Source: the human T2T-CHM13v2.0 reference genome, Homo sapiens
DNA: 64,000 bases
Strand: one strand, 5' to 3'
NCBI RefSeq assembly: GCF_009914755.1
Contig: NC_060931.1
Under the pieces are notes generated by a model, which worked only from the letters and a program-made list of their open reading frames with translations, made no database searches and was not told where the DNA came from. The translations under genes were made by a program, and so were the position numbers. The first letter of the stretch is position 1; each line of letters starts with the position of its first letter. Below, one piece after another: positions 32,096-45,946 of this stretch.

Positions 32096-32853
32096 TTGGC
32101 TTCTGTCATCTGAAAAATGGGATAATGCTTTTTAATGTTTAACATAAAGTTTTAATGTTTAACATAGTTAAAGTAAATTTTAAAACAACTGAGAAAATAC
32201 ATATCATAATTATACCAAGTTTGGGGTGAAGGAAAGACAAGCTGATGATATGTCTTTCATTGTATCAACAATGAAGTATTTATTCAACAAATATTCAAGG
32301 AGCATATTTTGGATGTTAGGCTCCTGGAAGAAAACAAGAATGAGATGGAAAGAGTGAGGGCAATCTAAAGGTGAAATGGAAGGAGACTCTACAGCATGGC
32401 CTTCACATATGGAAGATGCCAAATACATAAGTTACTCCAAAATAAAAGAATAATAATAAATCAAACACAGTCTAAGATACATTACAACCCTAGTTTTAAT
32501 TTAAAATTAAGAGTATATGCATTACTCTTTTTTTGGTAATTGATGACATGATGTAATTTTATATTCACTTTGCAAAGCAACAAGATCTAAAGCCTTGGCA
32601 AGATAAACATTCTGACTAAAAAATAGTGTGTTTTAGATTCTTTTGGTTGCTGGGATATAAGAGGCTGAGGAAAGAGTGTTCCCAACACAATTTGTGACCG
32701 CCCTTTCTTTCCTCTTCTCCCTAACAAGGTTAGTTAGATTCGTGCAGATCCTGTAGATTAAAAAGCGCCCTTATCACTGCCTGGTGATCACTGTTCCAGC
32801 CCTGGACAATGAAGGTTCATCCAAAAGCACCACTTCCTTTTTGCTATTGACAG

Positions 32854-32976
32854 GAAACTCTGCCTGTGACAAGCTGCACAAGCCTCACTCAGTGCCTGGC
32901 GGGGTTGCAGCTGGAGACGTGGGAGGAAAAACAATTTCTAATCCTGGTGTTTGTGCAATAGAGTATCAGGTGGACG
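32854..32976 (+). other. Candidate 123-bp plus-strand exon in unique, GC-richer sequence
   Basis: Acceptor CTTCCTTTTTGCTATTGACAG|G and donor ACG|GTGAGA. The phase 1-1 frame is open. Confidence 0.35.
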
Positions 32977-33287
32977 GTGAGATGGGAAAGCTAATGGGGA
33001 TTTTTTTTTAACATTCATTATTTAAATACATCATTGTCCCAGCCTGGATAGAGAACTGTGATACTCACAAAAGAACGTACAAGAAAAAATAAAATATTTT
33101 TCAGGTTAAGACAACTTGGAACTTAGAAATTTAGCATGTAAAGAAGTGTGGTAAGGTTCCATAAGAGAATGATAACTGTGAAAATAGACTAGCTCTTCTA
33201 AAGGATCTGCTAGGGGTATGTTTCAAACTCTCTTGAATTCTTATGTTCAATTATAAAATGTGCCAATTCACTCATAAAAGTGTACCA

Positions 33288-33611
33288 GACCCGGCACGGT
33301 GGATTGCGGGCGGGGTGCGGTGGCTCACACCTGTAATCCCAACACTTTGGGAGGCCGTGGCGGGTGGATCACGAGGTCAGGAGTTCGAGACTAGCCTGGC
33401 CAACATAGTGAAATCCCATCTCTACTAAACGTACAAAAAAAAAAAATTAGCCAGGCCTGGTGGCAGGCACCTGTAATCCCGCATACTCAGTAGGCTGAGG
33501 CAGGAGAATCACTTGAACCCAGGAGGCGGAGGTTGCAGTGAGCCAAGATAGCATCACTGCACTCCAGCCCAGGCGACAGTGCGAGACTCCATCTCAAAAA
33601 AAAAAAAAAAA
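33288..33611 (+). mobile_element. AluS (Sg-like) with a duplicated 5' head
   Basis: TSD AAAA(G/T)TGTACCA at 33276-33287 and 33612-33623 encloses an extra GACCCGGCACGGTGGA before the normal head. Confidence 0.9.
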
Positions 33612-33769
33612 AAAATTGTACCAAACTCTCTTTAAAATATTACCAGAGAAACAGTTAAAATGAAAAGCACTAGCAATTGAAGCACCCTGAATATCTTATT
33701 TTCATGTATCATTTTTCATCTATATTGCTTGAAAGAAATACATTAATCGTGGGAATTTTGTTTAGATAC

Positions 33770-34300
33770 TCTGATTGACTGTATCAGAGGAAGACGACGG
33801 AATGCACCCTTGATGTGCGAAAATGAGGAACTGATGAGACAACACAGATGGAAATATTCATCAGGTAGTTGGAGATTTGGACCTACAGTTCTAGAGAAAG
33901 GTGAGCTACTAAGACAGGAAAAAAAAATGCCAAAGGAGAGAAAATATAAGAAGTTCAATAATGAAGTCTCAAAAAAAAGTTTACTTTTGGAGTAAGAGAA
34001 AAAAAAAACAAGTAATTTTACTAAATGCATACCTAGATTTTTAAAAATCAAAGGAATATAATACACCTAGAAGTAGAGAGGTGGATAGGGTCTCAGATGA
34101 TGCAAAGGTCAAAAAGAAAAGGAACTCTGAGCAGGAAATCCAAATTAGCAAGTTGGCAAAGTTTGACATTTGGAGAAAATAATTTCAGTAGACTAATGAA
34201 AGCAGAAACCAGATTGCTAGAAGAACTGGATTGCAAATGATAAGCAATAAGGCAATGGAGGAAATATGAGTAGATAATACTTTCAAAAATGTAACGGGGG
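33770..34300 (-). mobile_element. L2 relic
   Basis: CAGATGGAAATATTCATCAGGTAGTTGGAGATTTGG...AAACCAGATTGC...GAGTAGATAATACTTTCAA, resembling L2 antisense. Confidence 0.6.
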
Positions 34301-35565
34301 CAGGAAGAGACAGAAGTTTGATCAAGGAGAAAGCTGGAAGACAGCTTCTTGCTCCTGAAAAGGGAAAGTTTAAACAGTGGAAATTAGACATTTGCACAGA
34401 GAAGGGGAAGGACAAGGATAAGACAAAAAATCTGCTCTTTGTTCTTAAGGAAACAAACAAACAAAAAATCCGTAAGAAAAAAATAAAATGTAAAAGAACT
34501 GAAAATTAAGATTAGCACTGCTATTTAGCACACTCATGTAGGTTAGCCACACCAGTCAGCATTTAGGAATTCCCTGCTGTCTGAAACAGCCCTGGTTTAC
34601 ACCCATGATTCAGGCAGTGGGCCTGTTTGTTTGCTTTTCCTTTGGTGAGAGAGTCTGCGCATCCTGTGGCAAGCCGAAGGTATCCCTGCCCTCTCCTGCC
34701 CTCTCTTCCCTCCTTGCTCCCCTTCCTCCCCCTCCTTTTTTTTCCCTCAAGCTGAGTTTGTCTTGGAAATTCTAACCTAGCAAATTAATTTTATTAAAAT
34801 AAGCTAGGCAAATATCTCTGGCAATCAAGGAGGGCTTCGTTCTACTAGAAGAGCAGCCAATTTTTTTTTTTTTTTTTTTAAAGAGAGAAAAGGATAGTTA
34901 CAGAGGAAATACAGATAAAACTTGATTATTGAGAGCCTGCCTGGTGGTCCAGTTTCCTGGGTCAACAGTTTGGCCCAAACATTCAAGGCTGGCTGAAGTA
35001 TAAAAAGATACAGAGGCAATTTGCTCATTCACTGGAGAGAATGCTTCCTAGCTTTAGACCAAAGCTCTAAGTGATATTAACAACCCCTTACTCAAAAACA
35101 GAATACAAATACGGTCTGACAAATGTGGACAATAAGGCACTTTATCAGAAATAACACATACACATACTTGGGGATCTTCATGTCTATATGCCTTTTCTTC
35201 TCTAGTTTTAAGACCTTTCCTACTGAAATCTTCCTCAACCTTAAAACCCAACTACTACCTCCTCCATTCCATTTTGTGAAATCCACAAAGTGGAATTCTT
35301 TTCTAAAATGATGGGAACTTAACATCTCTATAGTAAGCCCTTGGTGTCAAGAATTTTGCACTGATGTTGGAACTTGTTCTCTGCCTCTCTCCTCAATCCC
35401 CCAGTCATTCTATGACCCTATACCTTGCTTTTTTTTTTTTACTTTATAGCATTTTTCATTGATTTATATTTATTCATTTATTTGCATATTGTGTGTCTCT
35501 TCCTGCTATAAGATGCAGAAACACTGTGACTTTGTTTCATTCATAAATGTATTCCCAGAACTTTG

Positions 35566-35899
35566 TTTTGTTGTTGTTGTTGTTGTTGTTGTTTTGTTGT
35601 TGTTTTGAGACCAAGTCTCACTCTGAGGCACCCGGGCTGGGGTACAGTGGTGAGATCTCAGTTCACTGCAACTTCTGCCTCCCAGTTTCAAGCGATTCTT
35701 CCACCTCAGTTTCCCAAGTAGCTTGGATTATAGGTGCCCACCACCACACCCAGCTAATTTTTTTTGTGTGTGTATTTTTAGTAGAGATGGGGTTTCCCCA
35801 TATTGGCCAGGCTGGTCTCGATCTCCTGACCTCAGGTGATCTGCCCACCTCAGCCTCCCAAAGTGCTGGGATTACAGGTGTGAGCCACCACACCCAGCC
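35566..35899 (-). mobile_element. AluS inserted in an L2 3' end
   Basis: (GTT)n tail. 16-bp TSD TATTCCCAGAACTTTG at 35550-35565 and 35900-35915. Confidence 0.95.
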
Positions 35900-36847
35900 T
35901 ATTCCCAGAACTTTGAATAGTGCCCAACGCATACTAGGAACTCAGCATATTTTGTTGACCTAATCAGGATATCCACCTTTTAGTTTTTTCATTTAATCCT
36001 CACAGCAATTTGTGAAGTAGATATTAATTTTCACACTGTTTCAGATAAAAATAGTTTTTCATCAATATGAGGAAATAAAGAATAACATAAAATTAACATA
36101 TATAGGTATATATGTGATATCAATAATTAGATCCCTCTGATGCCAAAGCTCTGTTCTTATGTCATTTGTAGCCCTTGTCATACTGCCTTGTATTATGTCC
36201 TCATCTGTCATACCCACAAGGATGTGAGCTCCGTGGGAGCAAGCCTCATTCTTCTTTCAATAATCTCCCTGCCATGAAGATAGCTGCTATTCACCAAGTG
36301 TTTATTGAGTTGAAATTGAACTTTCTCGTCTCAACTCTTGGCCATACTTAGATTTGGGACTCACTTACATGGAAAATATTTGCTCACAAGAGAGTATGTA
36401 GTTTTCTACAACTAATCCAAGATAGGTGACTTCTCTCAGCCAAGTGACTGTAATACAGAACAAAGAGACAATCGTGCACCTATAGAAACAAGTGAACCTG
36501 CTGGCTGGAAAGGAATCTGAACAGAATAACAAGAGGTCATTTCACAAGAAGGGAACAGTAAAAGCATTCGTGCAGAGAGGCAGGAAGGCTTGGAAGATGC
36601 ACTTGGAGATGAGGGAATAGACCCAGCTGTCTGGGAACATTGATATCCATTGGAGTGGCAGCAGATGCAGGATGCTTCTATAGTCACCAGAACAAGTGAG
36701 TTCTAAAACTCTGAACTCTCAGTAGTGTAGTTTGTGAACTGGTTTCTATATGTATTAGATTCCTATTGCTGTTATAGCAAATTACCACAAATTTAGCAGC
36801 TTAAAACAACACAGATTTATGATCTTACAGTTCTAGAGGTCAGATGT

Positions 36848-37270
36848 TGATATGGTTTGGATCTGCGTCCCTGGCCAAATCTCAGGTGGAATTCTAATCC
36901 CCAGTGTTGGAGACGGGGCCTGCTGGGAGGTGACTGGATCATGGGAGTGGTTTTCTCATGAATGATTTAGCACCATCTCCTTGGTGCTGTTCTCATAAGT
37001 TCACAGGAGATCTGGTTGTGTAAAGGCGTGTAGCACCTCCCTTCTCTCTCTGTCTCTCACTGGCTCCTATTCCTGCCAAGTGATGTGCTGCCCCCCACTT
37101 TGCCTTCCACCATGATTGTAAGTTTCCTGAGGCTTCCCCTGAAGATGAGCAGATGCCAGTACCACACTTCCTGTTCAGCCTGCAGAACCATGAGCCAAAT
37201 AAACCTCTTTCTTTGTAAATTACCCAGTCTCAAGTATTTATTTATAGCAATATGAGAACAGACTAATACA
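36848..37270 (+). mobile_element. MSTA-like solo LTR nested in MLT1
   Basis: TGATATGGTTTGGATCTG...GACTAATACA with a perfect TSD GATGT. Confidence 0.92.
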
Positions 37271-37552
37271 GATGTCCAGAATTGGTCTTATAGCGCTAAA
37301 TTTAAGATGCCAGCTGGGTTGTGTACCTTTTGGAGGTTCTAAGGGAAATCCTCTTCTTGCCTTTCATGGCCTATAGAGGCTGCCCACATTCCTTGGCTTG
37401 TAGCCCCCTTCTCTCTTCAAAAATTCATCAGTACAACCTCTGCTTCTATAGGTCATCACCTTTCCTTCCCCGACTGACTCTGTCACCCCCACCTCCCTCT
37501 TTTATTTATTAAGGACCACTGTGATTACACTGGATTTGTCTGAATAATCCAG

Positions 37553-37940
37553 GATAGTCACTTTTATCCATCAAATCGACTGGGCCACAGTGCCCAGATA
37601 TTTAATCAAACATTATTCTGTCTGTTTCTGTGAAGTTGTGTCTTGAAAGAGACTAGCAATTAAATTGGTGGACTTTGAATAAGGCAGAGTGGCCTCCGTA
37701 ATGTGGATAAGCCCCATCCAATTAGTTGAACCTCATAATAGAACAAAGGCTGACCTCTCCCAAGGAAGAAGGAATTTTGCCAGGGGAATGCTTTTGGATT
37801 TGAATGGCAACACTTCCGTAAGTCTCCAGCCCACTGGCCTGCCCCATCAGATTTTGGATTTATCAAGCCTCCACAACCAACTGAGCCAGTTTCTTAAAAT
37901 AAATCTCTCTCTCTCTCTCTGTCCTCTGTATCTTTCTATG

Positions 37941-37986
<46 letters not shown>

Positions 37987-38016
37987 GTTCCACTTCTTAG
38001 AGAACCCTAATTCACA
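37553..38016 (+). mobile_element. MLT2 (C/D-like) solo LTR nested in MLT1, containing (TC)n and (CA)n tracts
   Basis: GACTGGGCCACAGTGCCCAGATATTT...AAACATTATTCTG...GAGAACCCTAATTCACA. Confidence 0.85.
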
Positions 38017-39520
38017 GGGCAATTGCCCCATCTCAAAATCTTTAACTAAATCACACCAGCAAAGTTCCTTTTGCTGTGAAGGTAACATACTAGCTGATTC
38101 CAGGAATTCAGACATGGGTATCTTTAAAGGGCCATTATTTTGCCTACTACACTTTACAACCCTTATCAGTCCCCACTTGATCAAGTATTCATCTTGAAAA
38201 GCATTGCACCTAGCCCTGAGCAATGGCCATCCACTTGCCAAAAGAGAAGTTCCCTGAAAGATACTATTCTGAAGAATAGTGATGCTGGACTTCTAGCAAA
38301 TGAACTTTAAATAAAATAATAAGTGTAATTGTATACTTTTCTTTTTCCCTAAATGGACCTTTTCTATGATACAGAATGAAAAAAGAAAAGGCCTTCTAAT
38401 TTGTGGGACTCAAGTGATTTGACAAAAGCTGTATTGGGGCTTCAAGCATTTTTATTTTAATAGTGCTATTCAGAGAGGTTTGCAAGTATAATTAAATATA
38501 CCACATCTCAGTTCTGTATTTTTCACACATGATGATATCTCAGAGACAAACTATTTAGAAATAGATCTAATGACAAAAAAATGAGTAGTCTAAGGAGGAT
38601 GCTACAATCTGCATCACAAAATTGCACCTGTTCTATATCCCATACAATTTTGCACTTTTATTCTGAGCAGAACTATTTGAATATTTAAATAAAACATAAT
38701 TGAGCATTTGGAGAGCAACTTTTGCTTCAGGTAATAGTTTTAACTGACAAGGAATCTGGAAGTTTACCCTCCTTCAATGGTGATTCTAATCCCCCCACCA
38801 ACTTTTCAAATTTCTCAGTGGAAAGTGGAAAATCTCTGATCCACACCATCTGTTTACCTCATCCAGTAGTGCATTCCACTCTCTGCAACAGAAGGCTTGT
38901 GACAACCTGCCAATAAAATTCCTGAGGTTGTCAAGGCACAGGATACTTGTGAAAAAGATTCAGATAAGATTTTTCATGGTTAAATTCCTCACATACATAC
39001 CCTCTCTCTCAAAGCACTACTTGGCTTCAGTAAGAGATTTCAGGTAAAACAGAAAAATGCCACACAGAGAGAGCTTTCAATGATTTATTCCATAAACAGG
39101 CAGTTTGCTGTGTTGGAATCCCTGACTCATCCAGCTGTGGGATATAAGTCTGGGCTTCCATTTGCATTCATTTAAATTGCAATTAGCTGGTGGCAGGTCA
39201 TATCCAACTTAGTATATTCCATAAAGAATGGATTTCTAGGTCTGCCAGAGAACACTGTCCATGTTGAATACATAATAATCACCCTTGGTGTTGAACCCAA
39301 GCAAACAGGGTCACAAGAAAATTGTGTAAAATTCTCTGAGTTCTACAACCTTCATGATGGTTGAGAAGTTGCTTTCTAAAACAAGAGACGTTCTGTAGTA
39401 ACATTGAGTAGTAATTAAAGAGCCAGACACTACACTAAGAACTTTAAATATGTTTTCTTAGTTAACTCACGCAACTACTCTGTGAATTACATCCTATTAT
39501 CCGACCTACTTTTCAGATGG

Positions 39521-40217
39521 TGTAACCGCTCAATGGGTTCACCTTTCCCGCTGCCTAGACAGAGCTGATTTATCAATGCAGGGGAATTCTGATAGAGAAA
39601 GAGTAATTCATGCAGAGCCAGCTGTGCGTGAGACCAGAGTTTTATTATTACTCAAATCAGTCTCCCGAGCATTCCAACATGAGAGCTTTTAGGGACAACT
39701 TGGTGGGTGGGGGGACGCCAGTGACCTGGAGTGTTGATTGGTCAGGTCAGAAATGAAATCACAGGGAGTGGAAGCTGTCTTCTTGTGTTGAGTCAGTTCC
39801 TGGGTGGGGGCCACAAGATCAGATGAGCCAATCTATCAATCTGGGTGGTGCCAGCTGATCCATCAAGTGCAAGTTCTGCCAAATATCTCAAGCACTGATC
39901 TTAGAAACAGTTTAGTGAGGGTGAGAATCTTGTAGCCTCCAGCTGCGTGATTCCTAAACCATGATTTCTAATCTTGTGGCTAATTTGTTAGTCCTACATA
40001 GACAGTCTAGTCCCCAGGCCAGAAGGGGATTTGCCTTGGGAAAAGCCCATTATCATCTTTTTTTAAAATTATAAACTATAAACTAAGTTCCTCCCAAAGT
40101 TAGTTCAGCCTATGCCCAGGAATGAATAAAGACAGCTTGGAGGTTAAGAGCAAGATGGAATTAGTTAGGTCAGATCTCTTTCACTGTCTCAGTGACAACT
40201 TTGCAATGCCAGTTTCA
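39521..40217 (-). mobile_element. LTR8 solo LTR (ERV1) inserted in a MIR core
   Basis: Reverse strand begins TGAAACTGGCATTGCAAAG...ACTGAGACAGTGAAAGAGATCT. 4-bp TSD ATGG. MIR halves at about 39390-39520 and 40218-40330. Confidence 0.9.
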
Positions 40218-43200
40218 ATGGCAAAGTCGAGGCAGAAGGGTTAAGTGATTGGCCAAGAGTCACATGACTGGACTGGAGACAGGCTATAAACTCAGATAGC
40301 TTGTCTAAAGAGTCCATGTGCTCAACTAAAGGGCTTTGCAACATTTGTTCCAAGAAGGCTGTCCTTCCTTTATGAAGGAACCACTCTTGACATATCCTTG
40401 GATATCAGTGAATTTTCCAAGGAGTCATGAGAATGAATTTGCACTGATCCATCCACCCATACTCAACTAGTCTGAAGGAACATTGTTACAAGATTGGCTG
40501 AATGGGATAGAGTTTTTGGTTCCAAGAGTAAATTTATTGGCTCACTTAGAGATGAATCTGAAACTTGGGCTCATTAACATGACGCTTTAATGAAATAAAC
40601 TAGTAAGCCATAGACGTTGTTACAAATAATCTCTTTGATTGCCCAAAGCCATATGCTGTGAAGGAAATAAATAATTACAAGCAGAAACATTTTTTCCTTT
40701 ATGGTAAACAAGATGAAACTCTCTAGTTATATTTTCCTATTTTTTTTTTCCTGGAGCTATAAAATTCCCAATGTTGCTAAATACACTGTGTTCCCCAAAT
40801 TCACATTGTATTGCTTTCAAATGGCTTTAATTCCTTCAAAATGACTGATGGTTCTATAGTTTGCTGTGAGATCAGCCCTAAAGAATAGGAGGAAGTTCTC
40901 CAAGTTGCCACAAATGTTGATCTCTCCTACATAATACAATTTTCACAAAAACCTCATGGACAGTCCTCTCAATAGCAGATCAAAACACTTGATTAAAGAT
41001 AATAATACTGTAGACTGCTTCTCTAAAAAGAGCTGATGGCTTCTCATAGATAAGAAAAAACAAACAAACAAAAAGGATCATTGGTTTAGTGCCATAACCA
41101 GCTCTTTTTTTCTTATTAAAGAATGGAGCAACAATTTTCCAATGCAACCATTCTTTCAGTAAACTTTTGCCGGCCATCTTCAAGGTTCACCTCACATTTG
41201 GGAAGATGTGAACAAAGGTGTCTACATTGAAGAGGACAGAGCTCCTCTCATGGTACAAACCTGTACCATTTGGCTACTCAATATAGTTTCTGAGGAGACA
41301 TTTCAAAATCCTGTGTGCACTCTGCTTGGTTTGAAAGCAAACTTCCATTTCCCTATTTCTTGTTATTTTGTTTGCGTTTTTATACATCTAGCCATCTAGC
41401 ACTCACTGGCAACCTCATTTTTGTTACTGTTGGCTTAAAAACTTTCATTTTATCCAAGGTTTATTACTTCATATTTGCCTCCTGTGTTTAGCCTAAAAAT
41501 GCCTTTAGTTTAGCATGTTGTCTAAATCTATTAATAATTATCGAGGTCAAAATTTTCAATCTTTATAAAGGTATAAGGAATACGTCTACAGATGAAATTA
41601 TGTGAAGCAAGACTTTATGCTTTGGCTTTCATGAAACCTGCTCCTCCCCACGCAAAGAATAGCCAGGAACTTGTTCCTTTCTTCCAATTTGTTCCTATGT
41701 TCACATGGCAAGACCAGATATGGGACATTAAATGCTTTCTTAGCCATACATAAATGGCTTTCATCCTTGCAAACTGACAGTTTTATAGTAAGACTAAGTT
41801 CCAAACAACAGTGGCTTGTTCAGGCCAGGGCCAGACTCTGTGTGCCACACAGATTCACTTTGGTGAAGTGAGAGAATAACCTCAGTCCTTTTTTTATTAT
41901 TATGGTGAAAAAATACAATTTTATGCTCCAGAGTTAGAAGCCTAATTTCCGAAAGGTAAAAATAGTTGCTAACATGAAGCAACTTCTTTGTGCATCAGTT
42001 TACGAGTTCTCCTTCATAGGTTCTCACTGTATATGGGTTATTTCTCCAAAGACACAGAGAAAAACTATAAAAGACAATTCTTTATTGAATAAAACTCTTC
42101 CATTCACCTCAAAAGTGATTTCTCAGTCCCTCAGCCTGCCTTTTCTTATCAATCCCAACATCATCCCAAATGCAGAAAAGACTTGAACCTGAGTTTTTCT
42201 GACTGAAGTTTAGCATTGATTTTTTGGATATTTTATAGACTGTGTGCCAGGCATCTAGGCACGGCTAGAGGAATAATAGTGCACAGGCAAACACCAGTCA
42301 TTTTCAATTTGCAAATGATCTCTTTTCCTATAAATAGATGTATGTGAAGTGTGTCACACCCCTAACTCTGTTTCATGAGGTGCTTGTGACATTTCTGGCT
42401 CCTATTACCCCACAAAGCCTTTGCTGTCATCATACTCTTATTAGTGAAATACAATCCATGAAGAGCAAATTCCCGCAGCAGGAAACAATAGCAAATATGA
42501 TTTAAGATTGCCTGAATCTGGGGCCAGCCACAAAGAGCTGCTGCACTGCTATTAAATGAAAGGCCAACAGCCAAGAACAAGGTCTTGAAGAGGCAGATTC
42601 ACAACTAAATACTGCAAAGGGCTCAAATCAGGGAAAGTGACCAACTATGAGCAACTCTCAAAAAGAATACAAGTGGAAATGGATTTCCAGACTTACTTGA
42701 TTGCATTAGTAGGAGGCTCTATTTTCTTTCAAGTGCCTGGTTTGGTACTATATGTAATCATGAGCTTTATTTGTTATTTTTGATTATTAATTGGGGAGCA
42801 AACTAAAATAGCACCTTGGAAAGCTAAATTTACCAGAAAGGAAAAGCCAATATGTCATTGTTTCAAGGAAAAAGCTGTTTTATCTTGTGTATACAGTTTC
42901 TTTTCATCTGTATTTCAAATATCAAAAATAGACTGATAAATTCCCAATACTAAAGGTAAAAGCACAATTATCAAATATATATTCATCCGTTGCCATCTAT
43001 ATTCTTTTGATGGTAACTGCTCCTTCCAAAAAGAGAACACAGTAAAACATAATAAATTTTGAAGTAATAAAATTGGAAGGCAATAATTTTAAAATGCTCC
43101 CTAGAAATGGCTTGTCCTCCAGGACAGAGTCCAAGTGGGCTCTAGGTGGCTGACATACACGCTACATCTGCATCTAATGAAGGCCATACTCATCTTGCAG

Positions 43201-43990
43201 TCAGAGAACTGGATTATTTTTTAGATTGTCCACTTTGGTATATGCTATGTGATGTCTTCAAGAGTCTTCTGCAGAGAGAATTATCATGCACACACCTTGG
43301 GTAAATTAAAAACAAACTCCGAAAACAAGCCAGCATTTGGTGTTTATCTAAGAACTCTAGTGTCCTTAGGGCTTATCTAACAACCCTAATAAGCCCCATG
43401 TTTGGCTTAAATACCTGACTACACATTTTAGTAGAGCCCAGGAGGCAAGAGTTAAAATGAACGTGTTAAGGACAAGTACTCCTGTTTGAATTAGCAAAAA
43501 CTAGTTATTCAACACCTCAGATCCGAATGTGTCATTAATATTATTGATGAGCACTCAGACAAAGGACTACTAGACCAGGAAAGCAGGATTTGGGTGGGGA
43601 AAGCACTCTGTACATAGGTGGAATTACACTGATGAATAAACTACAGCACTTCAGAAAGAACACACCCAAATGCAAACTTTACATGCTATATGACTTTGCC
43701 ATGGATCAGTTCTATTCACAGAATCATGTGAATGTCAATTAGTTTGCAAAAATAAAATTCCAGACTAAAATTACTTAAACAATAGGACATATATTTTCTT
43801 CCAGAACTAGAAAGCAGTAAGTAGTCAGTTCAAGAGTTAGCAAATTCCATGATTCAGTGATGCCATGAAGGATCTCTTCCCTATAGTTCCATTCTTCCCT
43901 CTTCAGGGTGTTGACAATATTTCCCCTCACAGTTTTAAAAGGGCTGCAGCAATTCCACTAACTCTTCCTGTTTTTACTGATTTAGGAGAT

Positions 43991-44288
43991 GTTTTGTTTG
44001 TTTGAGATGGAATTTCACTCTTGTCACCCAGGCTGGAGGGCAATGGCACGATCTCGGCTCACTGCAACCTCAGCCTCCCAGGTTCAAGCAGTTCTCCATC
44101 TTCAGCCTCCTGAGTAGCTGAGATTACAGGCGGCCACCACTACATCCAGCTAATTTTTTTGTATTTTTAGTAGAGACAGGGTTTCACCATGTTGGTCAGG
44201 CTGGTCTGGAATTCCTGACCTCAGGTGATCCACCCGCCTCGGCCTCCCAAAATGCTGGGATTACAGGCATGAGCCACCGTGCCCAGCC
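43991..44288 (-). mobile_element. AluS (Sq/Sx-like)
   Basis: TSD TGATTTAGGAGAT at 43978-43990 and 44289-44301. Confidence 0.95.
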
Positions 44289-44936
44289 TGATTTAGGAGA
44301 TTTTTTGAATGAATGTTTCCCCATTTGGTGTAGGCTCTTAGGACAAGTTCAAGAGACTCTAAATAACTGTTTGGTTTTTTATTTTCCCCCAGTTACACGT
44401 TTTTGTGCTAGGGAAAGAGTCTACCATGTGCCTCACTCTGTCATTGTTACCTCTCAAGATTTCTTGGGCCTAGGCTTCAAAATGGTGCACCATCGCTTCT
44501 GCTATATTTTTACAAGATCGGCCTAAATTTAAGAAGCAGGAAAATAGACTCCACCTCCAGATTGGAAGAATCACAAAGTCACACTGCCAAGGGTTTAGAT
44601 GCAGGGAAACTTAGATAACTGAGAACACAGTCAATTCACTAGCAGAGGAATACCTTTCTGAGACTTCCTCAGTAGATTTCTCTTCTGGTCCACCAGGCAG
44701 GATTGGATCACATGCCTGTGCTCCAGCAGCAAGAAGGACTCGGATAGGCAGAGTCTGACATTTTCAAGTTCCAAAGTGAGAAGCAGACTTTGCCAGTGTT
44801 GAGGACTAGGGAGAAAGTGGCTCTGTGGCAGGCAACCCATAGTGTCTGCCAAAATGTACAATCTTTCACCTCAATTTGAGAGGGCAGTTCAATAGTATTT
44901 AGACAAGAACAAAAGTACTGCCCAGTGTCAAATATA

Positions 44937-45012
44937 ATTAAAATTAAATATTTATTTAATTTTTACTTATTAAAATTAAATATTTATTTAATTTTTACTT
45001 ATTAAAATTAAA
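44937..45012. repeat. 32-bp AT-rich tandem repeat, about 2.4 copies
   Basis: ATTAAAATTAAATATTTATTTAATTTTTACTT twice, plus a partial third copy. Confidence 0.9.
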
Positions 45013-45611
45013 ATTAATTTTATTAAAATTATTGTTATTTGTAATTATTTATAACGTATTTATAATTATTTATTAAAACTAAAATTAAATATTTATTCAA
45101 AAATAGGAATAAATATTCCTAGCTCATGATATATACTTTGGAAGGTTTGTGAGAAGACGCTGGATATTAAGAAAAACATTCAGAAGAAATACATTAAACC
45201 ATTGGAGGCTAAGGAAAAGAACAGTGAAAGTTGCAGTCCATTTGAATACATTTTTAACAAATTGCTATCTATGTACTTGGAGTAGCCTGATCATAATATC
45301 ATAAAAGTAACAATTGATATCACTATATCATTTATAGGATTTTAAAAATACATTACATATGCCAGACACTTTGTCAAGTATATTACATATGTACATATGT
45401 TACATATATAATATACATGATATATGCCAGACACTTTGTTAAGCATATTACATGTGTTAAGTATGTTATATGACCTTATGAAGTAGATTTTTTTATCTTT
45501 TAAAAATAAAAAGAAATAAACCTCATATAAGTTAGATTAATTGGGCTCAGTTAACTCAGTTAATAAATGACAAATATCCATATTCAAACCTACATCTATC
45601 AGGTTCCCTAG

Positions 45612-45946
<335 letters not shown>

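Larger units (their letters stand above)
36751..38151 (-). mobile_element. MLT1D-like LTR hosting two younger LTRs
   Basis: TGTATTAG...AAATTACCACAAATTTAG start and CCATTATTTTGCCTACTACA end. Three colinear pieces. Confidence 0.85.
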
